This document shows positions 1 through 10,295 of a DNA stretch of 64,000 bases, piece by piece (position 1 is the first letter of the stretch; each line of letters begins with the position of its first letter). The position numbers and the translations under genes are program-made. Source of the stretch: an uncultured Nitrososphaerota archaeon (GTDB lineage Archaea > Thermoproteota > Nitrososphaeria > Nitrososphaerales > CADDZS01); assembly GCA_963799845.1 (NCBI GenBank), contig CAWCYI010000006.1:1120001-1184000 (forward strand). Reading direction: 5' to 3'. Below the pieces are notes generated by a model. It saw nothing but the letters and a program-made list of their open reading frames with translations. It searched no databases and had not been told where the DNA came from.

Positions 1-544
1 CGGGAAATACTTCAAAGCAAATCAAATTTATATGTACACGAGACCCCGAACTAATCTGAAAGTTTACTTCTCAGGGGTCGGTCCCAAGGCTGCTAGGAAT
101 GCTGGTGAGTTCGGAGACGCCTTGATTACCCTTTCCCACGCCAACCCGTTCGAGCGATGCAGAGACTTGATTTTCCCTGCTTTTGAGGAAGGCGCGAGGA
201 GCGCGGGCAAAGATCCGTCAAAAATGGAAAAGATAGTCTCGCTTAGTTTCACTCTGAAAGATCCCACAACCTTTTCGAAAACTGAAAGGGTGTATGCTGG
301 AATCGCAGCGAAGAATTCCACGGACGTGGCCGATCCGAGGGTGATTGAAAAGATGGGATACGACATGTCAGACGAGGAGCTGTTCCATTCAACGACATTT
401 TGTCAAAAGTGGTCCGATGTCATTGATCTGATTTCAAAGTACCAGGAGTTGGGAGTAACCCAGATTGCCCTCAATTCCGGCGCTGACAAGAAAATGATCA
501 GAACTTTTGCCGCCAAGGTTCTTCCGCACTTCAAGAAAAAGTAG
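1..544 (+). CDS. Luciferase-like (LLM) oxidoreductase, probably F420-dependent, 5'-truncated by window edge
   Basis: Frame is open from position 2 (GKYFKANQIYMYTRP). Clear paralogue of the C-terminal half of 30473..31480 (YTRPRTNLKVYFSGVG vs YTKPRTDLKIYFSAVG; IRTFAAKVLPHFK vs IRTFAKKILPNFK). Confidence 0.85.
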   Translation, partial: GKYFKANQIYMYTRPRTNLKVYFSGVGPKAARNAGEFGDALITLSHANPFERCRDLIFPAFEEGARSAGKDPSKMEKIVSLSFTLKDPTTFSKTERVYAGIAAKNSTDVADPRVIEKMGYDMSDEELFHSTTFCQKWSDVIDLISKYQELGVTQIALNSGADKKMIRTFAAKVLPHFKKK

Positions 545-609
545 TAATACGATTCATTCTAACTACAAAAGGCCGCATTTGAGAGCCGGTCACGTAGAGA
601 GCTGGTAAG

Positions 610-1749
610 ATGGGCGAGCCTTCGAAGCCTGACCTAGGAATATATTATGAGATGCTTCGGAGTCTCCCGCCGAAGGAGCCGTCGCTGTCACTTCTCTCGA
701 AAGAATGGCCTGACGTAGATGAGTGGCGAAGGCAGGCGAGAGAAAGAACAATCGAACTAATGGATTTCTCCCCCAAAAGCATCCCCTTGAACCCGTCGGT
801 TGATTCGACGCGATCCGAAGACGGAATCGTGCTCGAAGAGATTTCATACGACATGCCATACGGTCCGAGGACGCGAGGCTTTTTCCTTTATCCGAAGGAT
901 GGAAAGAAGTTGCCTGCAGTGGTCGCGCTGCATGATCATGGTGGCTTCTTCTACTACGGGAAGGAGAAGATCGTAGATTCTGGAATACAAAGTAGATCGC
1001 TCGAAGAGCACAAGAGGCAGTGCTATGGAGGCAGGAGCTGGGCTAGCGAGCTTGCAAAGCGGGGATACGCCGTTCTCGCGATTGACTCGTTCATGTGGGG
1101 CAGCAGGAAGATACCGATGGACTCAATGAACGAAGAGCTGCTTGCACCTCTCGAAGGCCCCGAACCAGGTTCAGAGGATTTCATCCAGGCCTTCAATATT
1201 TTCTGGGACACGATCGAGTCCCCGATAACTTTGAGCACCGTGCTAGCCGCTGGCACGTCTTGGCCGGGAATACTCTTCTATGAAGACATGAGGAGCATTG
1301 ACTTTCTGCTTACCCGGCCAAAAATAGATCCCGAGAGAATTGCGTGCGGTGGTCTTTCCGGAGGCGGCCTCCGTACCGTGTTCCTCGCCGGGCTTGATCC
1401 CAGGATAAAAGCGGCGTTTTGTGTCGGATGGATGAGCACGATGGGGGATTTGCTCCGAAATCACGTTCACGGGCATGGGTTGGCGATGTACGTCCCTCGC
1501 CTTCTTAGGTTTCTAGACATACCTGACGTGATCGCACTGCGCTCACCATCACCGCTCCTCGTTCAGTACGATATAGACGACGGGCTCTTCTCTTTGGAAG
1601 GTCAGAAGGAGGCCGATCGAAAGATATCGAGCATCTACGAAAAGATGGGCCATCCAAAAGAATACGTTGGCAAGTTCTACCCAGGACGACACAAATTCGA
1701 TGTTGAAATGCAAGAGGACGCGTTTAAGTGGCTTAATGAGACACTCTAA
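610..1749 (+). CDS. Alpha/beta hydrolase (dienelactone hydrolase / carbohydrate esterase-like)
   Basis: PAVVALHDHGG, nucleophile motif GLSGGG, C-terminal GRH catalytic His region. Confidence 0.8.
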   Translation: MGEPSKPDLGIYYEMLRSLPPKEPSLSLLSKEWPDVDEWRRQARERTIELMDFSPKSIPLNPSVDSTRSEDGIVLEEISYDMPYGPRTRGFFLYPKDGKKLPAVVALHDHGGFFYYGKEKIVDSGIQSRSLEEHKRQCYGGRSWASELAKRGYAVLAIDSFMWGSRKIPMDSMNEELLAPLEGPEPGSEDFIQAFNIFWDTIESPITLSTVLAAGTSWPGILFYEDMRSIDFLLTRPKIDPERIACGGLSGGGLRTVFLAGLDPRIKAAFCVGWMSTMGDLLRNHVHGHGLAMYVPRLLRFLDIPDVIALRSPSPLLVQYDIDDGLFSLEGQKEADRKISSIYEKMGHPKEYVGKFYPGRHKFDVEMQEDAFKWLNETL

Positions 1750-2011
1750 GTGGCGCCTAACCCTTATACATGATCTTTGCCCTAAAACGGCCGACATCTA
1801 TTTCAAAATAATCCTTAGAAGTTCGGAATATCTGGTAAATCTATTCTCATACAGATAAAACAGAATCTGAGTCGCCGAACTCGGGGAGTGCTCCTCTGTC
1901 AGTCGAACAAAGTGATGCAAATTCTTCACCTAACCTAACTCGACTGATAACGTGAAAATGTAATTGGCATAAAGCTCGCTCGTTTCAAATATAGATAAAT
2001 AATCCAATTCG

Positions 2012-3769
2012 GTGTCGAGAAAGAAATCTCTCAGCGCTGTCGATCGCCACATGGACAAACAGGGAAAAATCGCATTCATGGATGGGGAAGAGTATCTACT
2101 CTGGGAGTCGGGGGTGGGGCGCGCGATCCGGGCGAATGCACCTCAGTTGACTTTGCAGGAACCGAAGGACTTGGTGAAGTTGCCGATTACGGTCGCGCTA
2201 ACAAAGCACTCGAGCCGGCGCGGGGACGCCATGTTGGAATATCGGCTGGGCCTGAACGCAAATAGCGTCAAGATCACCGGCACAGCTATGGTGAGCTTCA
2301 CTCTGCCTCATCAGGATGAGGGTGACGCGCTGTTGTGCCAAGTGGAATTGGCGTTTCGCGAGCTGGTCAGGTCGAATGTGACGGCGGAGTTCTCGTTTGA
2401 CTTGCAGTGTCGAGCACCGGAAAAGGTAGTTATTCCACAACGTGACGGAATTCTACAGACGGTGGCGTTCCCGGCTGGGTGCTGTTTTAAGCTGGGGCAG
2501 GCGGCGAATGACGGTTCTCCGTTGGGGATGCCGGTCGTCGGATATGTTTGGGACGACCTGCAGTTAGCGGTGTCAGCTGACCCGTATTGCGGGTGTGCCA
2601 TAAACGGAACTACCGGCAATGATGGTATCCAGATTTCGGTGGCGACGAATTATCCAGGATCGGTTGTGCCTGTGCAATCGGAACGACGAACGTTTGTGCT
2701 GGAGTTTCACCGCAAGGGAGCCGACGGAACATTACGGAGCTTTTACCGGACGATACCGGAGATCGAGCCGGACGCGCCCTGGACACAAGCGATCCATTTG
2801 GTTTATTTCGATTACCTGTCGCAGGGGGGCGAAGGATGGTTCAAGGATCTCAAGGTGTTGGCGGAACGAATACCCTCGCAGAATCGCGGCCACGTCGCGG
2901 TCTGTTTGCATGGCTGGTACGACTATTTTCAGCAATACGGTTACGATCATCCGCACAGGGTGTTGCTCAAGGAGTGGACAGCGTTCCCTAGCACGTACAA
3001 AGTGCCGATGAGCCTTGCAGAGATGCACCGGCGTTTGAAGTTCGCGAAGGACCTCGGCTTCCGGGTGCTGCTCTACTTTGCTGACGGGACGAACAGTGAT
3101 TCGGGTGCACCGAATTTTCGCAAGGAGTATTTGCTGAAAGATAAAAACGGCGAGACGTTTTCGGGTTTTAAGGGACCGGATTCCGTGGGACAGCCGTTGA
3201 TGATGGATCCGAGCGTTCCGGGACTGCGAGAGTGGTATAGGGGCTACCTGCGAGCACTACTGGATGAATACGCACGGGTCGTCGATGGGTTCGTGTGGGA
3301 TGAAACGTTTTACATTCCGGCGGATTTTATTTCTTATTCACAGGCAGAACCGGCCCATGCAGATCGCGCGATGATGAGCCTGGTGTCGGAGTTGACGCAG
3401 ATGGCACAGTCGTATCACCAGCAGAATCCGGACCTTGTGTTCCTCGCCTCCGATTGTGGGCAGACCAGCTATGCATTGGTCGCAAACGGCACGTTTCAGG
3501 ACAGCACCATGGAGGAGGAGGCCTGGGGGCCGAGCATGTTCGCCAACTACCGGAATTGCCTTTGGAGTTGCAACTGGTTTCCGTTGCGGTACGCGGAACG
3601 AAACAAAATTGCCGCGGAGAAGTATGGTCTACCGCAAGGAGTATCCAATGGCTGGCAAGACAACTGCGGCCCGAGTCAAATGCCACCGGAGCTTCTCGAA
3701 GCGGTTTTGAGGCGATTCACCAAGAACGTGGAGTCCAGCCGGCAAAGGTTGCGGTACCTGATTTCGTAA
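2012..3769 (+). CDS. Uncharacterised glycoside-hydrolase-like TIM-barrel protein, GC-rich relative to flanks
   Basis: 585-aa ORF with barrel-like motifs VCLHGWYD, GFRVLLYFADG, DGFVWDETF. Start codon uncertain. Confidence 0.6.
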   Translation: MSRKKSLSAVDRHMDKQGKIAFMDGEEYLLWESGVGRAIRANAPQLTLQEPKDLVKLPITVALTKHSSRRGDAMLEYRLGLNANSVKITGTAMVSFTLPHQDEGDALLCQVELAFRELVRSNVTAEFSFDLQCRAPEKVVIPQRDGILQTVAFPAGCCFKLGQAANDGSPLGMPVVGYVWDDLQLAVSADPYCGCAINGTTGNDGIQISVATNYPGSVVPVQSERRTFVLEFHRKGADGTLRSFYRTIPEIEPDAPWTQAIHLVYFDYLSQGGEGWFKDLKVLAERIPSQNRGHVAVCLHGWYDYFQQYGYDHPHRVLLKEWTAFPSTYKVPMSLAEMHRRLKFAKDLGFRVLLYFADGTNSDSGAPNFRKEYLLKDKNGETFSGFKGPDSVGQPLMMDPSVPGLREWYRGYLRALLDEYARVVDGFVWDETFYIPADFISYSQAEPAHADRAMMSLVSELTQMAQSYHQQNPDLVFLASDCGQTSYALVANGTFQDSTMEEEAWGPSMFANYRNCLWSCNWFPLRYAERNKIAAEKYGLPQGVSNGWQDNCGPSQMPPELLEAVLRRFTKNVESSRQRLRYLIS

Positions 3770-4041
3770 TTAATGTAACACAAGTTTTGCGCGAATAGAA
3801 AATGCCTGTGGACTATTATTGACGTAACGATTTATGGTCGACGAAGACTCACACTAAGCTATCTAGTTCAAACGCACTAAAATCTCAGGATAGCTGGCAA
3901 CGCGCATGGAATGTCTAGTTGTTAGAATTTGACACGCACGGATCGGAGGACTCCTTTGTGAAGCAGGGGCAGGGACTCGATAGTCGCAATCTTCTCCATG
4001 CCCGAGAACTCGGACATGGCTGAACACTGCAAGTGATAGTA

Positions 4042-4091
4042 GGGAAAAAGTAGCAGGAAAGCAACCGGTTTCCAGAAAAACCGGAGACCGG
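4042..4091 (-). terminator. Putative terminator: hairpin followed by pyrimidine tract
   Basis: Inverted repeat ccggtttcc (4065-4073) / ggagaccgg (4083-4091) just past the stop at 4108, then TTTCCTGCTACTTTTTCCC on the minus strand. Confidence 0.4.
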
Positions 4092-4107
4092 CTTGAGCTA
4101 TCTGTGC

Positions 4108-6162
4108 CTATTGACTAGGCTTGGGTGGAGTGGATGGAGAGGGTGGAGCAGGCGCACTCGCTCCTCCTCGTCCTCTTCTCATCATTGCCACGACGGCTGC
4201 TATGACGACTAAAATCACGACAACTGCCGCCGCGATGTAGAGGGTTGTATTGTTTGATGTACTCGAGCTTGTGGAGGTTACGACCGTCGAGGTGCTCGGA
4301 GGTACAACCGTTGTGCTTGAGGAAACCACAGCCGTTGAGGTGGTCGATGAGCTCGATGCCGGAGCAGTGGAGCTAGTCACCACCGTGGGTGAAGACGATG
4401 TGGTTACAGTAGTAGCTGTTGTTGTGGTCGAGACGGAGGTCGTCGTGCTAGATATCGGTGCTACGACATCAAGAGCAAGATCATAATACTCCAGCCCCGT
4501 GGTCGATTGTGGATAGTAGACCCCGGTTAGGTTAGCCGGATTGCCCCAGTAGAAATCATTGCTGACCGCCTCCCAGTTATAGACGTTGAATAACGGAATT
4601 TCTGGGACTCCTTGAGTGTAAAGCGTAGCCGCAGCTCGGGCGTCAGCGTTGAATTGCGAAGAGTTCGCAGGTTCGTTGATCATCCGTTGAACAATGGCGT
4701 AGAAGCTGGAATTCCATGACACATGCATACTATTCATGGTAACGTAGTAGTCGCCAATGTCCGATAGGATTCCAGGGCCGGGTGTGACTCCGTTGTCAGT
4801 CTGCGGGCCGAGGACACCAGTAGCAATCACCTGCCAGCCCGTAGCATTGTTGGCACCCGCGCGTAGGGTAGAAGATGGAACTGAGACTGGGCTCACCGTT
4901 ATTCCCAGCTGACCCCATTCAGTAGTAAGCAATGTAGCGACGCTGGCCGAGTAGGGCTCAGTTGTTCTGTACTTTATTGTAAGCGAAACCGTCGTGCCGT
5001 TAGGATACTCTAAGGTATTGCCTGAATATTTGAAGCCAATTGATTGCAGTATCTGCTTACCCTGTGTGACATTGTAAGTGTACCCGATCGGACCCGTTCC
5101 GTTGCCAAAACCGATCTGCTGGTTGTATGAAGGTAACAAGAAGTCTTGATTGCTTGAGCTCTCGTTGGCGTACGGGCCGCTCAGTTCACTGTTGATCAAT
5201 GTGGCATTGGTAGCGAACGCGAGGGCACGCCTGAATCCTGTTATGTTAGTGGGATACACCCAGTCGTTCAAAAGTGCAGCGACGGTCAAACCTGGAGTCG
5301 CGTAGGGAGGGCCAATCAATGAGTGTCCTGTCAGGTTGGCGATGGCTTCCAGTCCGGAGTAAGCTCCAGTGTAAGAGACCCCATCTATTTGGCCGGCAAC
5401 GTAGGCGTTGAACTCGCTGGACTGGCTACTAAACAAATAGAAGTCCATGCTCTGTAACTTTGGAGGACCGTTCCAGTAGTATGGGTTTGCCTGGTATACT
5501 ATCGGATTCTGTGCAGAGTAGCTTGTTATTACAAACGGACCATCTGCCACGATATTGTTCAGGTTCTGAAATGATGAAAGATTGCTCAAAGAAACTTGGC
5601 TGAATGTCTGGTACGGCAGGACAGCAAATCCGTTGTAAATAAAGCCCGTGAGTATGAACTGCAAATTCTCGCTAGCAAGATTTACCTGTACGGATGTCGA
5701 GTTGAGGATTGACATGTTTGTTATATCCGGTGAAAAATATCCAGATTCGTTGTAGAGTTTCAACGTGTACCAGAGATCCGTCGAGTTCAGAGGAGAGCCG
5801 TTATCCCACTTTAGGTCGGGCCTTAAACTGATAACATATTGGGTGCCATTAGCGTTTGAACTATAGCCCCCAGCCATGACATTAGTGATAATCGGGAGAG
5901 GAGGCCAATTAAAAGAGAACATATAGTCATACAGAATTCCAATCGTCGTGAAATCTGAGGATGGATTGAATGGATTGATAGCGGGAAGTGGCGGTACGCC
6001 CAACTCACCGATAGAAAGTGTAGTGGTGGCAGAGGAAGCAGCTTGTACGTGTTCTCGGGTACTGGCTCCTGAGAAAAGGGCCGGACTGACGAGCACAGCC
6101 AGCATCAATAATGCGATTAGTTTGAAGTGTACTGCGTGAGATCTAATAACCTTCACAATCAT
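4108..6162 (-). CDS. ABC transporter substrate-binding protein, family 5 (OppA/DppA-like)
   Basis: Signal peptide, LRPDLKWDNGSPLNSTDL motif, NPYYW, Ser/Thr-rich linker, C-terminal TM anchor. Confidence 0.9.
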   Translation of the reverse strand: MIVKVIRSHAVHFKLIALLMLAVLVSPALFSGASTREHVQAASSATTTLSIGELGVPPLPAINPFNPSSDFTTIGILYDYMFSFNWPPLPIITNVMAGGYSSNANGTQYVISLRPDLKWDNGSPLNSTDLWYTLKLYNESGYFSPDITNMSILNSTSVQVNLASENLQFILTGFIYNGFAVLPYQTFSQVSLSNLSSFQNLNNIVADGPFVITSYSAQNPIVYQANPYYWNGPPKLQSMDFYLFSSQSSEFNAYVAGQIDGVSYTGAYSGLEAIANLTGHSLIGPPYATPGLTVAALLNDWVYPTNITGFRRALAFATNATLINSELSGPYANESSSNQDFLLPSYNQQIGFGNGTGPIGYTYNVTQGKQILQSIGFKYSGNTLEYPNGTTVSLTIKYRTTEPYSASVATLLTTEWGQLGITVSPVSVPSSTLRAGANNATGWQVIATGVLGPQTDNGVTPGPGILSDIGDYYVTMNSMHVSWNSSFYAIVQRMINEPANSSQFNADARAAATLYTQGVPEIPLFNVYNWEAVSNDFYWGNPANLTGVYYPQSTTGLEYYDLALDVVAPISSTTTSVSTTTTATTVTTSSSPTVVTSSTAPASSSSTTSTAVVSSSTTVVPPSTSTVVTSTSSSTSNNTTLYIAAAVVVILVVIAAVVAMMRRGRGGASAPAPPSPSTPPKPSQ

Positions 6163-6194
6163 TTTTAATCTTGGCTTGAGAAGAATTCTCTCAA

Positions 6195-6201
6195 TTTAAA
6201 T
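6195..6201 (-). promoter_or_regulatory. Putative archaeal TATA box
   Basis: TTTAAA about 33-38 bp upstream of the ATG at 6162. Confidence 0.4.
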
Positions 6202-6277
6202 CTTTAGCGATGATCTATTCGTATTTGTCCTAAATTCGAAACCTGCTAAGATTCTGTTAGATCCCTGGTCTGATTGA

Positions 6278-8406
6278 TCAGGCTTCGACAACAACCGCAA
6301 CTCTAGCAGACTTCACAGAGATCTTGCGTGACGAAAGTTGTGTGATCGGGTTTGTGAATGGTTCGTATACTTTGAAGCGCTTAGAATTTCCGCCGTCGAG
6401 AAGGACATTTACTCGCTTATTCACATCGCTAGTATTCATCAAGACAACTGCTTTCTTGTTAGCCTCCTTGTTGATGTGGACACCGTAGAGAATCCCCTCG
6501 GTCTCACCCTCAACAGTAGCGCCGACAGTATCTCTGAATTGTCCATTCCACAGATAATCACCCAGCTCCCTCCGGATTCTCACGATCTCTTTGATATAAT
6601 TTCCCAATTTCGGCGCTGAGGCGATCGTTTCATGCGCGTTATGAATTTCCACATTGATGACGTACCCGACTCTCAGACAATTGTTTATCGAGTGATAATC
6701 AAACTGATCTACACATGCAGTGAGCATGATCTCGGGAAAAGTGTATCTGCAAATGGGTGACCGATCCCAGTCTCTCAACCTGAAGAAACCTATGTTTGCG
6801 TACGGCCACAGGTAAGGAGGAGAGGCTTCGACTGATATCAGAAATTCCGGGTTGTACTTGCGACATACCTCGCTTATTCTCCTGAGCGTCTCAACTATGC
6901 CCTTGGAAAAGGCCTCGGCAGGCTTGTGACCATGGGTCTCATCGTAGCATAATCCGTAATCCGTGACTTTGTCTATTTCCAAACCGTTGAATCCCAGTTC
7001 CGCGACTTGCTCGAACCGTTCAACTATCAGATCCTGGTACGGCTTTGCATACGGACACATCAAAGCAAGCTGTCGGTACCCCCACTTGTTCTTCTCCGCG
7101 AAGGTGTGCATCCCGTATCCGATGCGCACCTGATTTCCGAATCTGTCTTTAGCAGCATATTTGTAGAGTTCTTTTTTGAATTCTCCGGTATTCACGTCCG
7201 CGACTTGGATGTTGACGAAGGGAAGCACCTTGACATCCAGCTTGTTTGCTTCCCTTATTCCTTCGGAGAGTTCCTCCCTAGTACCAAGTCTAGGGTCCGG
7301 GGAATAGTCTGGGTATCCCCTATCCATTCCTCCGCGGTGGAAGCCGGTTAAGTTGATAACATTCACTCCGTATTTTATAGCGTCTCTTGCCAACTTGGGG
7401 ATGTCCGAGAATCTGAAAAGAAGTAAATCGTCGGGATAACCAAAGACAACAGTCTCCCAGGTCATTCCTCCCGCCACCCAGTTTGGCCTCTCGGCAATCT
7501 TCATCCATGTGTCAACCCATCGGCGGTATCTGTCAGCACCACTATGCCAGTCGCCCTTGTGAAAGTTGATGCAGGCAGGCGCCGAGGCCCAGCTTTCACC
7601 CGGTTTGATGAACGGGAGCTTCGCTATGCTGCAGTTCACGCCTATCGGAGTATTCGGGCCTGCTTCTTCTCGTGTGGGCCATCGATCGAGCTTCCCCGCT
7701 GAACCATTCCGGGCTGGAGCTCAAAGTGGAAGAAAGTGACTTGAGGAGAAAGATCGTGGCTGGCAAGATAGATGCCTTCGTGCGTTTCGCCGTTACTGAA
7801 ATCAACCCATTGCATCGTCAATTCCCATGGATAGGCTAGCTCGAAATAATCATAATACTCGTTCCAATATGGAAAATAGCTCGGGAACCTGTCCAAAACC
7901 TTTCTTCCGAAGCTTGGAGTACCGGAGCCGTCCCATAGTGCGGCGGAAAACTCCGTTTTCTTTCTGTCTCTGATCCCGTGGAAACCGCCTAGCATTGGGG
8001 ACCAAACCTCCTCGATTGTGTACTTGCTTCCATTGCTTACAGATGTTGTCACCTGAATCTCGTTTTCCTCTGGCCCTAATTCGAAAGACTGTTTCAGACC
8101 TATCTCGAATGTACCGTTCTTATTCTGGAGATTGTCCCAAGACAGAGTGCATGAATTCTTTGCGCTTTCGAATCGAACGAGCTTCTGCTGTGAACCAACC
8201 AGATAGTTGTGCCTTAGTTCTGGAAGCGGTACGAGAAGTTTGAAGTTCGAAGCGAGTCTCGGCTCACCGATCGCTTCAAAATGCGATTTTTTGTGGAACA
8301 CGCTCTTGAGCGCCCCCGTTGCTATCTCAAACTTCAGCTTGAAGGTGTCGTTCTCAAGTTTGTATTGCATAATGACACAAGAAACCTTCTCATTATTAAG
8401 AATCAT
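6278..8406 (-). CDS. DUF6259-like glycoside-hydrolase-like protein, split by a single frameshift near 7690
   Basis: ORFs 7642..8406 and 6278..7639 join if one base is added at about 7688-7697 (...MVQRG/LDRWPTREEAGPNTPIGVNCS...), giving about 709 aa. Motifs HKGDWHSGADRYR, GGMDRGYPDYSPDPRLG, GFNGLEIDK. Confidence 0.7.
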
Positions 8407-8606
8407 TTACGTAAGATATGACGAAAGGAACACCATTGATTGAGTGGGAAATACCCCACCTTCAATATAGTCGTATACAGACATTTTTACTCATTCTAAT
8501 GGCGAAAAATTAGAAGGTTCAAAACAGAGTGAAAACATGGTTAGCTTTTTCACGACTTTCTTTAATTATGGCGTTGTAAACAGGATTACGAACAAGGGGA
8601 CAACAG

Positions 8607-10067
8607 ATGACTACAGAGATTTTGAATTTCATTTCAGGCCAGTGGGTAAAATCGGAAACCGGCGAGACGTTTCAAAACGTTAACCCGGCTCACACGTCAA
8701 TCCCGACGGGTGCTTTTCAGGCCTCAAGTAAGGAGGATTCGCGGAGGGCCATTCACTCCGCAGCAGAAGCTTTTCCGATATGGAGAAACACGCCTGCCCC
8801 TCAGAGGGGAAAAATTCTGTATGCCGCATCCAATATACTGGAAAGCCAGGCGGACGAGCTCTCAAAGATTCTGACGCAAGAAGAGGGGAAAACTATCGCG
8901 GAAAGCAAAGGAGAAGTCCAAAGATCGATAGATATTTTCCGATACTATGCCGGTATCGGCAGTCGCCTCGCCGGTAAAACCTTCCAGTCTGGAATCAAGA
9001 GAACTCTGCTCTACTCGGTCCGAGAGCCGCTTGGGGTAATCGCTATTATGACGCCATGGAATTTTCCGATAGCGATACCGACGTGGAAGATCGCGCCTGC
9101 CCTAATTTCTGGGAATACGATAGTTTTCAAGCCTGCGTCTCTTACGCCGCTGATTGCCCAAAAGATGACTTTATCTCTTGAAAAAGCAGGCCTGCCAAAA
9201 GGAGTCCTGAATTATGTTACCGGAGCTGGCTCGGTTGTAGGAGCCGAGTGAAGTGTCAATCCGGATGTAGATGCAATCTCATTCACCGGTTCGTACGAGG
9301 TTGGGTATGGCATTCAGAAAGCCCGTGCAAACTCAAGCAAAATAGCAAGGATTCAGCTTGAGATGGGCGGCAAGAACCCAACTATAGTCCTGCCAGATGC
9401 GAACTTGGATGAAGCAGTCTCGCTTGTCGCGAAGAGTGCATTTGGACTGACAGGTCAGGCATGTACTGCCACCAGTCGCGTAATAGTTCATGAGGAGGTG
9501 AAGCAGCGGTTCGTTGAGAAGCTGAAAGCCGAAGCCAATCAGACAAAAATCGGAGATGGACTGCAACCTGCTACGATGATGGGTCCGGCGGTTTCTGATC
9601 CTGAACTCCAGAAAGATCTTCGATATGTTGGCATCGGCATAGAAGAGGGTGCCAAACTCGTAGCCGGTGGTGAACGAATTAGGGGCGAAGGACTGGAGGA
9701 CGGATATTTTATCCGGCCGACGATATTCGACGAAGTTTCTTCAGATATGACAATTGCGAAAGACGAGATATTCGGCCCTGTTATCTCGGTGATGAATGCG
9801 AAAAATCTGGATGAAGCAATCCAAATCGCAAATAATGCCGAGTTTGGTCTGACTGCAGGATTATGCACCTCGAATCTCTCAAGCGCGCTCAGTTTCGCGG
9901 ACAAAGTTGATGCCGGAGTTATCAAGATAAACAAGATGACGACCGGTCTTGAGCTGCACGTGCCATTCGGGGGCTTCAAGAAATCGAGCGCGAACACGTT
10001 CAAAGAACAGGGAGAGGAAGCTATCGACTTTTACACCAGAACTAAGGCTGTCTACATCGGATATTGA
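8607..10067 (+). CDS. Aldehyde dehydrogenase (2,5-dioxopentanoate/KGSA dehydrogenase-like) with in-frame TGA at 9249-9251
   Basis: Both ORFs are in one frame: ...VVGAE*SVNPDVDAISFTGSYEVG...LEMGGKN...GQACT...EIFGP; 486 codons if read through. Confidence 0.85.
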
Positions 10068-10295
10068 TCGCAAACAAGCATTCACCTGTCTCTTGGCCAA
10101 CGAATTTCGGAGATAGTTTCTTGAAGTAAATTTGGCGAAGTGTTAAATATCAAAAACTCGAAATATGCCGGTACTCTTTTTCATGATCGCTAGCCCTAAA
10201 GATGTCCTTTGCGAAAATGATTTCATCGGGGCAATTGTTTGAGGAGGCAATTCCTAAGTCCTTATTCTTTCGGGAACAAATAGGAGAGAAAGCCC

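Noticed and set aside
4230-4460. Low-complexity repeats (also about 18140-18330, 50710-50860 and 61060-61260) and their antisense Val/Glu-rich ORFs
   Set aside because: They encode Ser/Thr linkers of surface proteins; there is no repeat-spacer periodicity, so not CRISPR, and the antisense ORFs are shadows.
9249-9251. Selenocysteine or alternative genetic code at the ALDH TGA
   Set aside because: It aligns to a Leu position, the catalytic Cys is normally encoded, and TGA terminates many other genes here.
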